Shown piece by piece: positions 38,901-51,772 of a DNA stretch of 64,000 nucleotides. The position numbers and the translations under genes are program-made. This DNA comes from Bugula neritina. Taxonomy: Eukaryota; Animalia; Bryozoa. Where the stretch lies: the NCBI GenBank assembly GCA_964035545.1, contig OZ037766.1, positions 32,416,773 through 32,480,772 of the forward strand, written 5' to 3'. Under the pieces are notes generated by a model that was given only the letters and a program-made list of their open reading frames with translations, did not search any database and had not been told where the DNA came from. Each line of letters starts with the position of its first letter. Within the stretch, counting starts at the first letter, position 1.

Positions 38901-41900
38901 TGTATTCAATCTTCCTTTGGTTGCTCAGGTGTGAGTGGAAAACTATTTCAAGATTTTCAAATATTGGGCAGAGTTTGGACTCATCCAATGATGTTGGAGC
39001 TCTACAGGCAGGTGAGCTGATCCTCTGAACTATGATTGGCTGATACGTTGAAAAGTGTTCTATTCTCTAGTCCCGTTACAGTTTGATTTACATATGTTTT
39101 GTGTTTCTTAGAGAAAGTCCGAAAATAATTTCATAGATGACGAGACGTCAGAAGCTACTCCGTCCACATCGCATAATGAAGATGGCAGCGACATTCTCGT
39201 CAGAGACAGCGATGACAGTCAGGGATCTTGGAGGCCGAGTAAAAAGTGGGTTTGTCCTGTCAGTCATTCAATTTATAACTTTCAGGGTTTGAGTGCTGGA
39301 GCTCATTTTTAATATTTAATTCTTTTGTTTTCAGAAGCTATATTTTGGATAACCATGTATTGTTGTAATTGAGTGATAACTTGATGTGTTGCTATTGTAT
39401 TGTTGTAGGAAATCTGGAAAAGATGGTAAACAGAATAATCTCAAGAAACTCAAGTCTCAAGATGCAGAAAATAAATCTGGTGGGTTTTTCTCTTGTATGT
39501 CTGATTTCCCATGTGTCCCACCCTCTTGTCATATGCCCCACCCTCTTGTCATATGCCCCACCCTCTTGTCATATGCTCCACCCTCTTGTCCTATGCTCCA
39601 CCCTTTTGTCATATGCCCCACCCGCTTGTCATATGCTCCACCCACTTGTAATATGCCCCACCCGCTTGTCATATGCTCCACCCGCTTGTCATATGCCCCA
39701 CCCACTTGTCATATGTCCCACCCGCTTGTCATATGCCCCACCCCCTTGTCATATGTCCCACCCTCTTGTCATATGTCCCACCCTCTTGTCATATGCCCCA
39801 CCCGCTTGTCATATGTCCCACCCACAAATTTTTCACGCAGACATTCTGTCATGGCCATGTGTTGTAGGCACTTCCACCCCCATCAATGGAGAGGATGCGA
39901 CATGGTGGAAAGACGAGGTGAAGGACATCAAGATGAATGACATCTCCCTCGGCTATAAGTTTGTCTTACTTCTTGAGATATTGAAGAAGTGTGAAGAGAT
40001 CGGGGACAAAGTGTAGGATAAATTCTATATGATATTATTATATTATTGTATACTGTTATATTATTATATACTATTGTATTAATATATTATTATATACTAT
40101 TATATTAGTACATATGTATTAATATATTATTATATTATTATACTAATAGATGCTATTATGTCATATATTATTATGCTATTTAAATTATAATCCTTAAATA
40201 TTTCTGCTTCTAAAATTGTTGACAGAAAATGTCTGCACTTGAGAGTTATTCTCTCTTGTTCTAACTCACATTAATGGGAAGACAACTACGAGAATGCAAT
40301 ATTTACAACTTCAGTGTAATTTAGTCTGGGCTCATATTGTAATCATTTTATTCTATGTTGAATTCAAACAAAGTGCTCAACTTGAACAGCTGTATTAAAT
40401 ACTGGTTGCTTACTGTTACCAATCACTATAACCCTTTTATACAACATGTTTGTTGAACAGTTTTCTTGCAGTTGATTGGCTAATATCTGACTAGTCTTTA
40501 TTCATCAATTTGTTTTCATTGGCTAATTGTAGTCTCCTATTCAGCCAATCAATACTCACTCTAGATCTCATTGAGGATTTTCTAGAGATGATTGACAAAG
40601 CCGTCAACAGTGATAAAGATGAAATCATGAAAACTGTAAGAAGCATTATTTAACTTCTGATTGGTTGTATTATGAGAAAGCTTTTGATTGGATGTTTTTC
40701 TATATCTCCAGCGTGTGTTATTCTTACCAACAGCTATACGGAAGCAGTAAATGGAGAAAAGGGACCAACTATTTCCGTATTGATGGCACAGTGGATGCCA
40801 AGCAGAGAGCTCGGGCCACTGCCTATTTTAACCGTCCTCAGAATCATGGGTAGGCAGTCATTCTACTGGTTGTTGTGTTACTTACACTATACTGTATACT
40901 TACTTTCTACTTTATACTTACACTCTACTTATACACTCACACTGCTGTTGTGTTACTTACAGTGCTAAGCTGTTTCTCATCTCAACCCGAGCCGGTGGCA
41001 TGGGAATTAATCTCGTTGGTGCTAACAGAGTCATCATCTTTGATGCCTCGTGGAACCCGTCCTTTGACGTGCAAGCCATCTTCCGGGCGTACAGATTTGG
41101 ACAGAAGAAACCAGTCTATGTGTACAGATTACTGGCTAAGGTATTCTATAATATCATTATATGTAGCTGATAGTGTTGGTACTGTCAGGGTACACTGTGT
41201 AGTTGATAGTACTGTCAGGGTACACTGTGTAGTTGATAGTACTGTCAGGGTACACTGTGTAGTTGATAGTGCTGTCAGGGTACACTGTGTAGTTGATAGT
41301 GCTGTCAGGGTACACTGTGTAGTTGATAGTACTGTCAGGGTACACTGTGTAGTTGATAGTACTGTCAGGGTACACTGTGTAGTTGATAGTGTTGGTATTG
41401 CCAGGGTACGATGGAAGAGAAGATATACGAGAGACAGATCGCCAAGTTGTCTCTCAGCGAGAGAGTTGTGGACGAGCGTCAGATTGACCGACACTTCACG
41501 GCCAATGACCTCAGTGAGCTTTACACCTTCAGATCAGACGATGAGCCGAGTGAGACGCCTGCCGTACCCAAAGTATGTCCGTCTGTTAGATTGCTGTGTT
41601 ATATAGTATACTATGTTATATAATGCAGTGTATTGTATTTATAACTTCTTGATTAACTGTTGGTTGCTTATGCCACCAAAATTATAATGTTTTTACAATA
41701 TTGTTAGATGATATCCTATTGGCTAATGTACTGATATTCTGTTACAGGATCTCCTATTGGCCGACCTGCTCAACTCTCACGGTAGTCTCATCAAGAAGGT
41801 CATGGAACACGACTCCCTCCTGGAGAACAAAGTGGAGGAGGAACTGAGTGAGGCGGAGAGGAAGGCTGCGTGGGAGGAGTTTCAGCAGGAGAAGGACAAG

Positions 41901-43003
41901 GTGCTGCGTACGCCTCTCCCGCCTCCCCCCAACGCTGCCGCTGCTGCCTCCGACCAGCCCAGCGTCCCTGGCGTGTACAGTGCTGCCGCTCTCTCCAGAG
42001 TCTTCCTCAGTGAGAGAGAGAAGGAGGGGATGAGGGCCGCCCTTCAACACAGGGTGTGTGTCCTTCGTGTGACCCTGATATGATCTTGACTTGCTGCTCT
42101 CTACTTGACTGTAATAATAGTGATAGTTGTGACTCCACACTGTGTATTAGTCTATATTTATGGGACGGTCACAACTCGTACCATCTTCTCACTGTAAAAT
42201 AGTCTACACGGACTTTATGTAAACTCCAGGGTTTTTATACATGTCTGTAGTATTTAGTTTTTACTTTCTTGACCAATATCAAGTTCCTAATTTTTTGATT
42301 TTAAAACGAGATGTCATTTCTAGAACCTGCTATGAGCTGCCATCCTAAAGTGTCACATGCATCAAGTGTCACGTGTTTAGTATGTATCTAATGCTCTTCA
42401 CACGCTACCTTATTGTAGTTCCCAGCCATGCAGGGGGAGGATTTCACTCGACTGTTTGAAGCTCAGTGCAAGCAGGTTAACTACCAACGGTTTCAGCAGC
42501 ATCTCATGGTATGTCTGACACCATCTGACACCCTTTAGGCTGACACCATCTGACACCCTTTAGGCTGACACCCTTTAGACTGAGTGTTACTTAGAATACG
42601 GCTGTTGCCGTCTGACAAGGCTACGGTTTAGTGACTCAAATCAGACCTTCAGTTTGACTGGTCAAGTGATTGGAGGTTTTCTGCCAATCAGTGTAGTTGT
42701 GTTACTTTATATCTCATTCAAGAGCTTTTTCTCTAACTGTACTTCTGTTGCTTCATCATTTCATCTGTTATAACTCTATAAGAGTCACATTGCCATTGCC
42801 TTTCCTATAAGATATTGTTTGTTGTGTAGAGAGTTGGTGATGGGCGAAGAGTGAACTTCCAACAGATGCAGATGGTGCAGGAGAAAGTGGAGTATGAAAG
42901 ACAACTTCAACAGCAGCAGCAACTGCAGCAACAGCAGCAACTGCAGCAACAGCGGTATATGCAGTATCTTCAGCAGCAACAACAACGGCAGCATCCCAAT
43001 TAG
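20937..43003 (+). CDS. ATRX: Transcriptional regulator ATRX (ADD domain + SNF2-family helicase), multi-exon
   Basis: ADD domain ~22820-23470 (CTIC...[12 protein letters not shown]...[16 protein letters not shown]...FCKKCI...WKCLIC), followed by a long acidic Ser/Lys-rich region. SNF2 motifs are LKPHQ (35296), [13 protein letters not shown] (~35690-35726), DLVVCDEGH (37591-37617), [10 protein letters not shown], and [39 protein letters not shown] (~40990-41104). A C-terminal polyQ ends at TAG 43001-43003. The start codon at 20937 is less certain than the rest. Confidence 0.96.
22011..22266. repeat. (CACT)n / (CA)n low-complexity microsatellite in an ATRX intron
   Basis: Imperfect CTCA/CACT repeats. 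Confidence 0.85.
22506..22665. repeat. 20-bp minisatellite (TCTCATACTCTGTCTGTGTG) just upstream of the ADD exon acceptor
   Basis: Direct tandem array. Confidence 0.9.
23530..23753. repeat. 19-bp intronic minisatellite (TCGTAGTCTGATCTTCAAC), ~12 copies
   Basis: Direct tandem array. Confidence 0.92.
24511..25147. repeat. 14-bp minisatellite (TACTGTATACTCTG) forming almost an entire ATRX intron
   Basis: Tandem array between the donor at ~24497 and the acceptor at 25154; it explains the spurious ORFs 24507-25411. Confidence 0.95.
33433..34140. repeat. 25-bp intronic minisatellite (TAGTGAGAGTATAACTCCDTGTGTG-like), ~28 copies
   Basis: Direct tandem array with CCTT/CCTA/CCTG variant units. Confidence 0.95.
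35440..35609. repeat. Degenerate minisatellite (TATTACACACACTGTAATATA)
   Basis: Imperfect tandem array ending at the acceptor of the Walker A exon. Confidence 0.8.
36137..37055. repeat. 39-bp intronic minisatellite (TGTATATTGTATAATATTATATGACAATATCTCCTACAA), ~23 copies
   Basis: Direct tandem array with TGAC/TCTC variants. Confidence 0.95.
38186..38605. repeat. 32-bp minisatellite spanning an ATRX splice donor (GTGTRCAG|GTACAGTATCAGTGCTATGTAGAT), ~13 copies
   Basis: The first unit overlaps the exon end at 38193; nearly every unit carries CAG|GTAC. Confidence 0.93.
39517..39823. repeat. 20-bp intronic minisatellite (CCACCCKCTTGTCATATGYY), ~15 copies
   Basis: Direct tandem array. Confidence 0.93.
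41167..41390. repeat. 30-bp minisatellite copying an ATRX splice acceptor (GTTGATAGTACTGTCAG|GGTACACTGTGTA), 7 copies
   Basis: Tandem array inside intron 41141-41404; the true acceptor reads GCCAG|GGTAC. Confidence 0.93.
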
Positions 43004-43805
43004 CTCAATATCTGCTGTAGGGTCAGCATTTCTGTGAGCAGCACCTGAGAATTATCATGGAGTGAAATGGAGATTGTAGAGAGTGGAGTACAGGGTTGTG
43101 CAGCTCGTTTCAGCTAGTCATTTAAACATTCTCTCTAAGTTGATGTGTAATTTAGGAAATATTTTATATGAATAAGGCAATGCAAGCAAGTTTTGATGTT
43201 GAATCAAACAATTTTATGGCCAGTATTTGCCATCATGATTAACTAATGGTTTGGCACTGAGCCAAAATGTTTGCTATTGCTCCCTATGGCTGTAATACTG
43301 ATTGTCTTATATCTTGCTGTATAAATTATTGACATCTCTTGGACAGAATCTGTTGTATATGTATGTGTACAGTGTATAAATAAATGCTTTATGCATAATT
43401 GAAATATAAGTCTACTAAATGTTGGTCTATAAAATAATAAATCGGTTAAGAAGCAAAAATGTTGAAGAATCATGAAGTTGCTTGCTCTATTTAGCCATAA
43501 CCTAATTGAGAAGATAACTCCATGAGCACTTGTAGCGCTCTACTATAATCATTTAGATTTTAGTGGTATACTGAATGTTTTTGGAAGTAATAATTTATGG
43601 TGGTTTTAGCCGTGATGTGTATCTATAAATAGCTATTACTGCATTCCTCGAATTATTAGACATGATTATTGCGTTAGTCTGAGCTTTAGCTGTAATGTTG
43701 CAACACAGTTTAAAAAAAACTTCATCCCTGATTGGTTTATTATGCTGGCTGCAGTCGAGGATGAAACATTTAACAGTCACTCCCAGCCTTTGGTAGGGAT
43801 GGTAC

Positions 43806-43896
43806 TATATATAAGTAACCAGTACAATTATATTATACTATTGACTAATTTGTACTCTGTGGAAGGAGAGCTTGTTAGGAGAAAAATACAGTGCTG
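43806..43896 (+). promoter_or_regulatory. Candidate TATA box and non-coding first exon of the sulfatase gene
   Basis: TATATATAAG at 43806-43815, a strong donor CTG|GTAAGT at 43897 and a strong acceptor TTTTTGTTTCAG at 45432 upstream of ATG 45520. An alternative TATAAA lies at ~45346. Confidence 0.4.
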
Positions 43897-45519
43897 GTAA
43901 GTATATAGTTATTCAGATTTTAGTTGGCTAATTTAAATTGAATTTAGTAAATGATATTGTTGTGTAATATATCAATATACGAATATCAACACATGTTAAT
44001 GCTGTAAAGTCTCGTTGCAGTGATAAGTTTGTCCCACTAAATTCATAGCAACTAGTTCTCGACGGTGCCTAATGTTCTTTGTAGAAAGTTTTGAATATTG
44101 TAGCATAACCTTCTGAGAAAAAAAGATAGGAATTTGGGCTACATATACACACAATCAATTGAACTATTCAGTCCACAGGCATACCATAAGGCATAAGCTG
44201 AGCTGCTACAATAGACTACTAATAATTCTGCTAAGCCTAGTACTACTAGTGCTAGTAATTTGTCACCTGCATTATCTTTACAAAGGACAAAGGGCTGGTT
44301 TGACAGGATGAATTAATATTCTGAAGACCCATGCCATTGCTCCAAAGGTCCAGTAGTCCAAATATGTTATCCTAGTGTGTGCTAACTGAAACAAATTGTT
44401 ATTCAAATTACACCACCTTCTATTACTAAGTACAATAATAAGTTATAGAAGTAGAAAAGCTTTTAAAATCATTGAGACTATTGCGCAGCATTTTATAAAG
44501 AGACTCCAGTAAGAATGGCAATTTATAAATGAGCTTTCTTTGTCTATATAGTTTAATGCAAATATGCTAGGCTTACTGCAATTTGAATTTTATTAAGAAC
44601 ATTCAACTCCATGTTATATAGCTCCATGCTATATAATTTTTGCCAGCTGGCAATGCAATAAACATGTTTCATTTTATTAAACAACCACATTTGAGACATT
44701 CTAATAATTTTTAGCCAAATGGAAATAAATCAAATGCTATTCAGAAGTATTTGCAATGACAGATATTTATGGCAATTTTAGCAGAAATTATTAAAAACAG
44801 AGATTTTATAACTTCAAAATGCGTTTCCACTTCCCACGCAAAGGCTCATTCACTTGAATTATCTAATCACTCATAGTTTATTTTACCATAAACATATCTT
44901 TCTAACTATAGCCAAGCTAGGATTAAAAAACTTCCTCTTTGATGATATGAGCAGCAATAAGGCTAAAGCTAAATTCTAAAGACTTTTTGTGTTCTAAGCT
45001 TTTCTTAAAGATATTTCTAGAACTTTTATGATTCTATTGAATTTTCAAAAATTTAGTAAGAGTTTAGGCATTTTTGACAAAATAACAGGTTGATGTCAGT
45101 AGCTTGCTTTCGATTTATCCATCTGATTGAAATAATCTAAAAATAGATTTGCCGAAGTTTCAGGATTTTGATGTATTAGAATCTGATGTTTGAACTTAGA
45201 TATTGTCTCCTATGTGACCTCAACTGAATGGTTTTCATTAAATTCTATGATCATCAACAGTTAACCTCAAGCTTATATCACTTGATAGAAACTACTGTTG
45301 TTTAGTTAAAATGAAGAGTTAATAAACAAAATAAATTCCTGAGTCTATAAATAGAGCTGACGGCAGTTTGTTGTGATTGGTTGAATCCTCCAGATATTTT
45401 ACTTGTCAGCATTTGCAGTATTTTTGTTTCAGTTGAAGAAGTGACTCTGTAAACAGTGGAAGTAGTAGAGATTAGAGGAACTTAAAGTACAACCTCTACT
45501 TTAACGCAACATTGTAACT

Positions 45520-48500
45520 ATGAGACTAACTTTACTGCTGCCTCTGTGTGGCATGCTAACCCTGGTATCGGCAGCAAAGCAACCCAACATCATATTCATC
45601 ATGGCAGATGACCTAGGTGAGTGACTAGAAACTGTAACAATTTTCTGTTGCCTCAGTTCTTATATAGGTGTCATGTCATTGAGTTCGGAGTCTATGGAGG
45701 GGGGACCTTGTGAGTATTCAAATTAAAGGAATTGTTTACAAAGCCACTGTAAATGTAGACTAAATACCTATCTCATATAGATACTACAATTATTTACTGT
45801 AGTTTGCCTATATTATAGCTATCCTACGATGGAAAGTATCATAGTCTAAAAGTTGATTTTTCAATAATATTCACTTGTATTTGCTTAACTTTTTAAATTT
45901 AAAATAAAGTAGATTACAAATTTACAAACAGAAATATTTTGTAACTTTTTTATAGATATATGCAAGCATGACAGGGACATATATAGCATATGCAATTCTG
46001 TGAGCTGGTTTTTTATTGGTCCGTGGTTTTAGGTTGGAATGATGTGGGTTTCCACAACCCAAAACTAAAGACTCCAAACATGAATTGGTTGGCTAAAGAA
46101 GGGATAGAACTGACCAATCACTACGCGCAGCCTGTTTGCTCACCGTAACTACTAATTCTCTTTGAAAACTTTATCAGCTGGTTTCACACTACAGTTGGAG
46201 CTTGAAACTGTTATATTTTAGCTTTTATTCTACAGCATACTGCTTACAGTATAAGTTGATTATTTCATCATTTCTTATTATTTGTTACCTCTGTGAAGAT
46301 TTATAGTAAAAAATTTGAAAAATGAATGAATAACTTTACCTCCAGGTTTGCTTTTATTAAACTAATACGCATGCCGCATGCATGGATATAGAATTTGAGG
46401 GTTTTCAGTTTGAAAATGTTATGCTTGTGTACGTTTTATTTCATTGAGGTCAAGGTCAGCGCTGATGACAGGGAAATATCCGTCTAATAATGGCTTCAGC
46501 GTAAGTGTAAAGAAATTATTATATGATCATGTATTTTTCACAATATTATAGAAAATCTCTCTGTTTTTGCCTTCTCCAGCCTTGGAAATTTCAGCCATTC
46601 AAAAATTTGTGACTAAAGTGTCTTCTTCTACGCTTCCAAATAAATTATTTGCATTCTTATCCATACTTATTTTTCAGCAATTTGTGATTTTCCCTTTGAG
46701 TAAAAGTTGTCTTCCCCTAGAACACAAAATCCTCCCTCAATACCTCAAAGAACTGGGCTATTCGACCAAATATGTTGGAAAGTAGGTATTATAAAAGCAG
46801 CAATGCCACTTTGATTATAAGATACCTCAAACTAAGAGAAAAAACCACTTTGTCACAAAAACTAGACTAGTTTTTAAATTATATACTTTCAGATGGCATT
46901 TGGGAGACTGCCACGAGAGTTGTCTGCCCACTAACAGAGGTATAGATGAGTTTAGGGGAATCCTGTTTGGTCAAGCTGATTACTTTCAATGGGGTATGTT
47001 TATCACGTGACACTTATTGAAGGAGCAGGAACAGGAAATGCGTTTGGCTATTAAAAAAAGTTAATGGGCTTCGGGTTCACAGACTTGAGAATCTAAGTTA
47101 TGTTAGCAATGAAAAGATATTTGCATGTTTTTACATTAACTATAGTAAATAAAAAGCTCCAGTATAGCCTATGTTTTTATTAGTTTTTTTGAGGCTTCCA
47201 AATATTGCAAAATCAAAAAAGCTTCATTATACCCACACATCTTTTAGGTTTACTTCAAGAGTTATTAATTGTCTAATCTGTTTAATTTATGTCTAGCAAG
47301 TTAATAATTTCTGGTTTCATTTTTGAGTAAAATAAAATAATATTATAAGAAGTTTACCAATAAGCTGTTAAATGGATTATGGAGTGTTACAGTGTGAATT
47401 AGGCCATGCTGACCTTAATAGACTATGTGATGTCATGAGGGCCTACAGCTAGTGTAAACAGCCGTTTGACTTATTATCAATTTATTCCTTGAGACACATA
47501 GTCTAGATAAACGCACTGAAAGCCAAGAGCTAATTTACAGAAAGCTTAAAGAGCTACATAGGTTTTATAATATACTATTTTATGTGTTGCAGTATATACA
47601 GAAAAACATGGGGTAGTAGAAAGGTATGTGAATGACTCAGTATCTCTGGAAAACATTGGAACACATCTTACAGTGAGTGTTGACTCATTATCTTAGCCTA
47701 AGGTCATTGAATCAATCAATAAAATATGGCTGTTGTATAATATAGTGGGAGAAGGTTATATGAACTAGTGATAGTGGTGGTGGTGGTGGTTGTGGTGGTG
47801 GTGGCGGGTAGCGGTAGCGGTAGCGGTGGCGGTGGTTGTGGTGGTGGTGGTGGTAATAAGAAGGGTTGTTGTGGTGGTGATAAGAAGGGTAGTTGTGGTG
47901 GTGGTTGTGATAAGAAAGGTGGGGGTGGCGGCGACAGATATAGTGGTGGTGGTAGTAGTGATGCTAAAATATTCTCTAATTTTGCTTTTATTTTGTGCAG
48001 CTTTTAGAGAAATCTGATGTAAGGGAGATGATCACAGCTCACAAAGGCAATGATTCCGCACTGTTTATGGTGGTATCTACTACAGCCCCGCACACTCCTC
48101 TACAGGTCGGTGAGGTCCTCTACTAACCCAGCGGTTGCCCAGCAACAACTAGTATACTTGAGTATGGAAGGCATATGCTGGGTCATTGCATGGTGCTAAC
48201 TAACATAATATTAAAATTTAAAATATTAAAATTAATTAGACATTTCATAGTAAAAGAGATTCGTTTTGTTGCAAGGGATTTGGCCAGGGGTAGGAGCCCT
48301 TAAAATCTGCATAAAACCATTAAGCTGATTTATGTGCTAAATTACAAATTCTTTACAGATCAGTGGCCCGATATAAATGGCCATTAACCAGAGCAATGAC
48401 CTTATAGAAACATCTGTTTAGAACATTAAATTGCTTGCTGTACTTCCGAATGCTTTCATTCACCTGAAATATTTCCAGAAACTTTGTGACAATCTTCTGA

Positions 48501-50823
48501 GATAATTGTTTCTATTTAATTGAGGCTTCTTTGACGTGCTAACTGAAACTCATCAGAAAGGCTGAGTATATTTGAGACTATTACAGTAGGCAGAGATAGT
48601 TAGCTACTAATTCTACCTGCTATTACTGGTACCTAACTGAATAAACATATATAAGTGATACCTTGTGTTACAGACTACCGAAGAGATGTACAACACTCAC
48701 GACTTCCTAAATGGAAGTGAGCCCGAAAGTATTAAACGTAGGAAATATCTAGGTATGGTTTTGTGACAGCCTTTATGCATATAAAAGTTTAATCAAATGA
48801 CAGGCTGGTAGCTGTGTCCTAATCCAGCAGTTGTGTTTGCTCATATAAACTATTGCAGGAATTTTGTATAGTAGAAGAAGTTGTACATACTGCAACTTAC
48901 TTATTTATATTGCTACTTTTTACTATCAATATATAGGGTGTTGCCTCTAATACAAAGTTTACTGACTGTAATACTAATTGTGGTGACTGTAATACAAAAT
49001 GTGTTAGCTCTAATACAAAAGGTGTTGACTGTAATATAAATGACTTTGACTAATACAAAGGGTGTTGACTGTAATACAAATAGTGTTGGCTGTAATACTA
49101 ATGGAGTTGACTGTATCTCTCCAGGTCTGGTCTCAGCTGTTGATGACATCATAGGAGAAACCATACAGTCTCTGAAGGATGCAGATCTCTACAATAACTC
49201 TGTCATTATCTTCACATCTGATGTAAGTGAAAGCTAGAATAAGCTGACACAATTTTCACAACTCTTTTTACAAGCTGCTGACACTATTACAAAATTAATT
49301 AAGTTTTAGATATTTGGGAAGAATCACAATAGTTGCGTTCTTATAACTTTCTATTTAGTATTATTTTTTTACAGAATGGCGGAACCAGCCTTCCATATAG
49401 ATTTCCAGGCTTACTCGAGGCAGCGGGCAATAACTACCCCCTAAGGAGTGGAAAAGGCAGCATGCTAGAAGGGGGTGTAAAAGTACCAACTCTATACTTC
49501 GATACCCGACTTCCACAAAAATACGCTGGGACTAAACGAGACTTCTTAATGCACATCTCTGATTGGTTGCCTACAATGATGCAACTGGCTGGGAATGATA
49601 GCTTCGGTGAGCTTCTATAGCAACAACTTTATATTAATAAACTGTTTAATTGTCTTTTTATTTTATATGTATATACTACATAATCATATAGATGTTCATA
49701 TGAAATCCTCGCCTATTTTTAGATGTTTCTATAGACGGAGTTTCTCAGTATGGGAATCTAAGAGGAAGTTACAGCGAGCTGAAGAAATACTGCGCTAGAA
49801 GAGAAGTCTTGCTTTCTCTAACTAATTACTCAGCATTATCAACCGAAACCTTGTGCGGGGCTTCAGATGCTGCCTTCAGGTGAGAGCGGGAGAGAGAGAC
49901 TGACAGCGTTTCTAAACCTCTTTTTAACTCATTTTGCAAAAAAATAGATAAAAGCCTTTTTTATACTGCAATAATTCAATAAGTATTTGAAATAGGTTTG
50001 AAGATTGGAAATTACTGTACGGCACAGAATCTGGAGTAGTGAGTCACGGTGTACCAACTGAGTGGGTGAAACCTGTAGAGTCTCCAGAACTACCAGATAT
50101 CACAGGGGATTCTTGTTTCAGGTTGGATGAGGAGGGAAACCAGGTACTAAGATGTCTCTTCAACCTGAAAGGTGAATCTAAACTCACACTTCACTGTTTC
50201 ATCATCTCAATGCTTACTTAGAGCTATCTAATCTGTTTCTCTTTAGACGAACTCAAATAACTTTGAAACAACTGCTTCGAGTTTCTTTCTGTAGAATCAC
50301 CAAAGGCAAAAACAAAGCAATGTGAAAAACTGCAGCTACTTACACAGATATTTTTCTTTAAATGTAGTACTGCCACTTCTGTCTTGCTGTTACTTCTGAC
50401 AATTCTTCAAATGCTTAATTTAAAACAAAAAATATAATTTTACTGCTAATGTGCTAGATTATTATCTTATACCTTGTGTGCCAACATAGTAGTGTACTTA
50501 TGATTTATATTATTTCAGAGGATCCATACGAGCAGACGAACTTATACGATTCTCACCCCCAAATTGTAGAGCAGATGGTCGAAATGATAAATAAGATGAA
50601 AGCAAAAAGAGTTCAAAATATTTTCAAAAGATCTGTTGATATAAACATGGGATCGAGGATGTATGGCGGCCATCTTGTTCATAGGAGCAATTACTGCGAT
50701 CCTGCCATTGACTTTCCGTTACAACCTGTCCATCCATCTTGTATTTCAGAATTCTCCCATGTTGCAACTGACGGTATCAACTGCTGCAACAGCTGTTCAA
50801 ATTCATTTATTTGTAGCTTGTAG
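45520..50823 (+). CDS. ARSB-like: Arylsulfatase B/I/J-like formylglycine-dependent sulfatase, secreted or lysosomal, 13 coding exons
   Basis: Signal peptide MRLTLLLPLCGMLTLVSA; PNIIFIMADDLGWNDVGFH; FGly motif CSPSRSALMTGKYP split by intron 46145-46448; GYSTKYVGKWHLG; APHTPLQ; IIFTSDNGG; NYPLRSGKGSMLEGGVKVP; HISDWLPT; LFNLKEDPYEQTNL; stop 50821-50823. Confidence 0.94.
47768..47960. repeat. (GGT)n-rich low-complexity tract in a sulfatase intron
   Basis: GGT/GGC repeats plus 3x GATAAGAAGGGT; it explains the Gly/Val-rich spurious ORFs. Confidence 0.85.
48937..49114. repeat. Degenerate 21-bp minisatellite (ACTGTAATACAAAGGGTGTTG)
   Basis: About 8 imperfect units ending at the acceptor 49124. Confidence 0.8.
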
Positions 50824-51772
50824 ATACTAAATAATACATAAGAATTCTTTTAGCTTTATGTACATTTTTAGTTGCTATATACTTACTGTAAATAATATAC
50901 AGTAATATACATTTCATTACTTATATGCTTTTAAATGTGTACTTTATATAATCAATAGTGTATAGCAGCTGTACTTTTAATCAGCGAATTTAAAATTATG
51001 CTGATCTATTCCTCAGTATTTTTAAACACTAACTTGATTTTTATATTTTTGTTTGCAGACATTTCAAGGTGCAGTAAACAAGCTCACTCTTTACATAATC
51101 ATACTCTATAAGAGTTAGATTTTATCTGGTTAATTTAGTACTACGTGCAAATTATTGAAACTTCAATATTAACAAAGTTGAATAGATTTATTAAAATTAT
51201 AGTGTCTTCAAGATTGATTTATTTAACATAATGAAACAAACAAAAAACTAGTTTTTTCATTCAATTTGTACGGTACAAGTAGTGCAATAATTGCTACATT
51301 TAGCAGCAATAGTGGAAAAATTGAGATAGCATGAGCTCATTGTTTTTTATTAAACTTTTCTTTGAAATTCTTGCGAAAACAACTTATTTTGTTACATTTC
51401 TAAACTATAACGCAAGCGTTTCTCAACTTGTCAATTACTGCACTCACCTTTACTTATACTGTTGAACAGCAATCAGAATAGCAATAAAAGTAACAATCAA
51501 TTAATAAAAGAATAAATAGTACAGAAAAATATTCTGTACTATTATGCGGCACAATGCTTCATTTAACAAACTGATAGTAAACGGAATTAATTTTCAGATT
51601 CAGAAAGATTTTTCTGAACATGAGTCAACATTAAAATAGTTTTCAATTTAAGAAAAAAGGCATAATAATTGAGTGTTCTTTTAAGCAACTCACTCACACA
51701 CTCACTCGCTACACTCACACTCACACACTCGCTACACTCACACTCACACGCTACACACTCACTAATCATCGG

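Noticed and set aside
47768-48017. Gly/Cys-rich or Val-rich small ORFs
   Set aside because: This is a (GGT)n low-complexity tract inside a sulfatase intron, with no independent gene signals.
51515-51543. 12-bp hairpin between the convergent sulfatase and lectin genes (terminator-like)
   Set aside because: It is a short AT-rich inverted repeat, and rho-independent terminators do not apply to Pol II genes.
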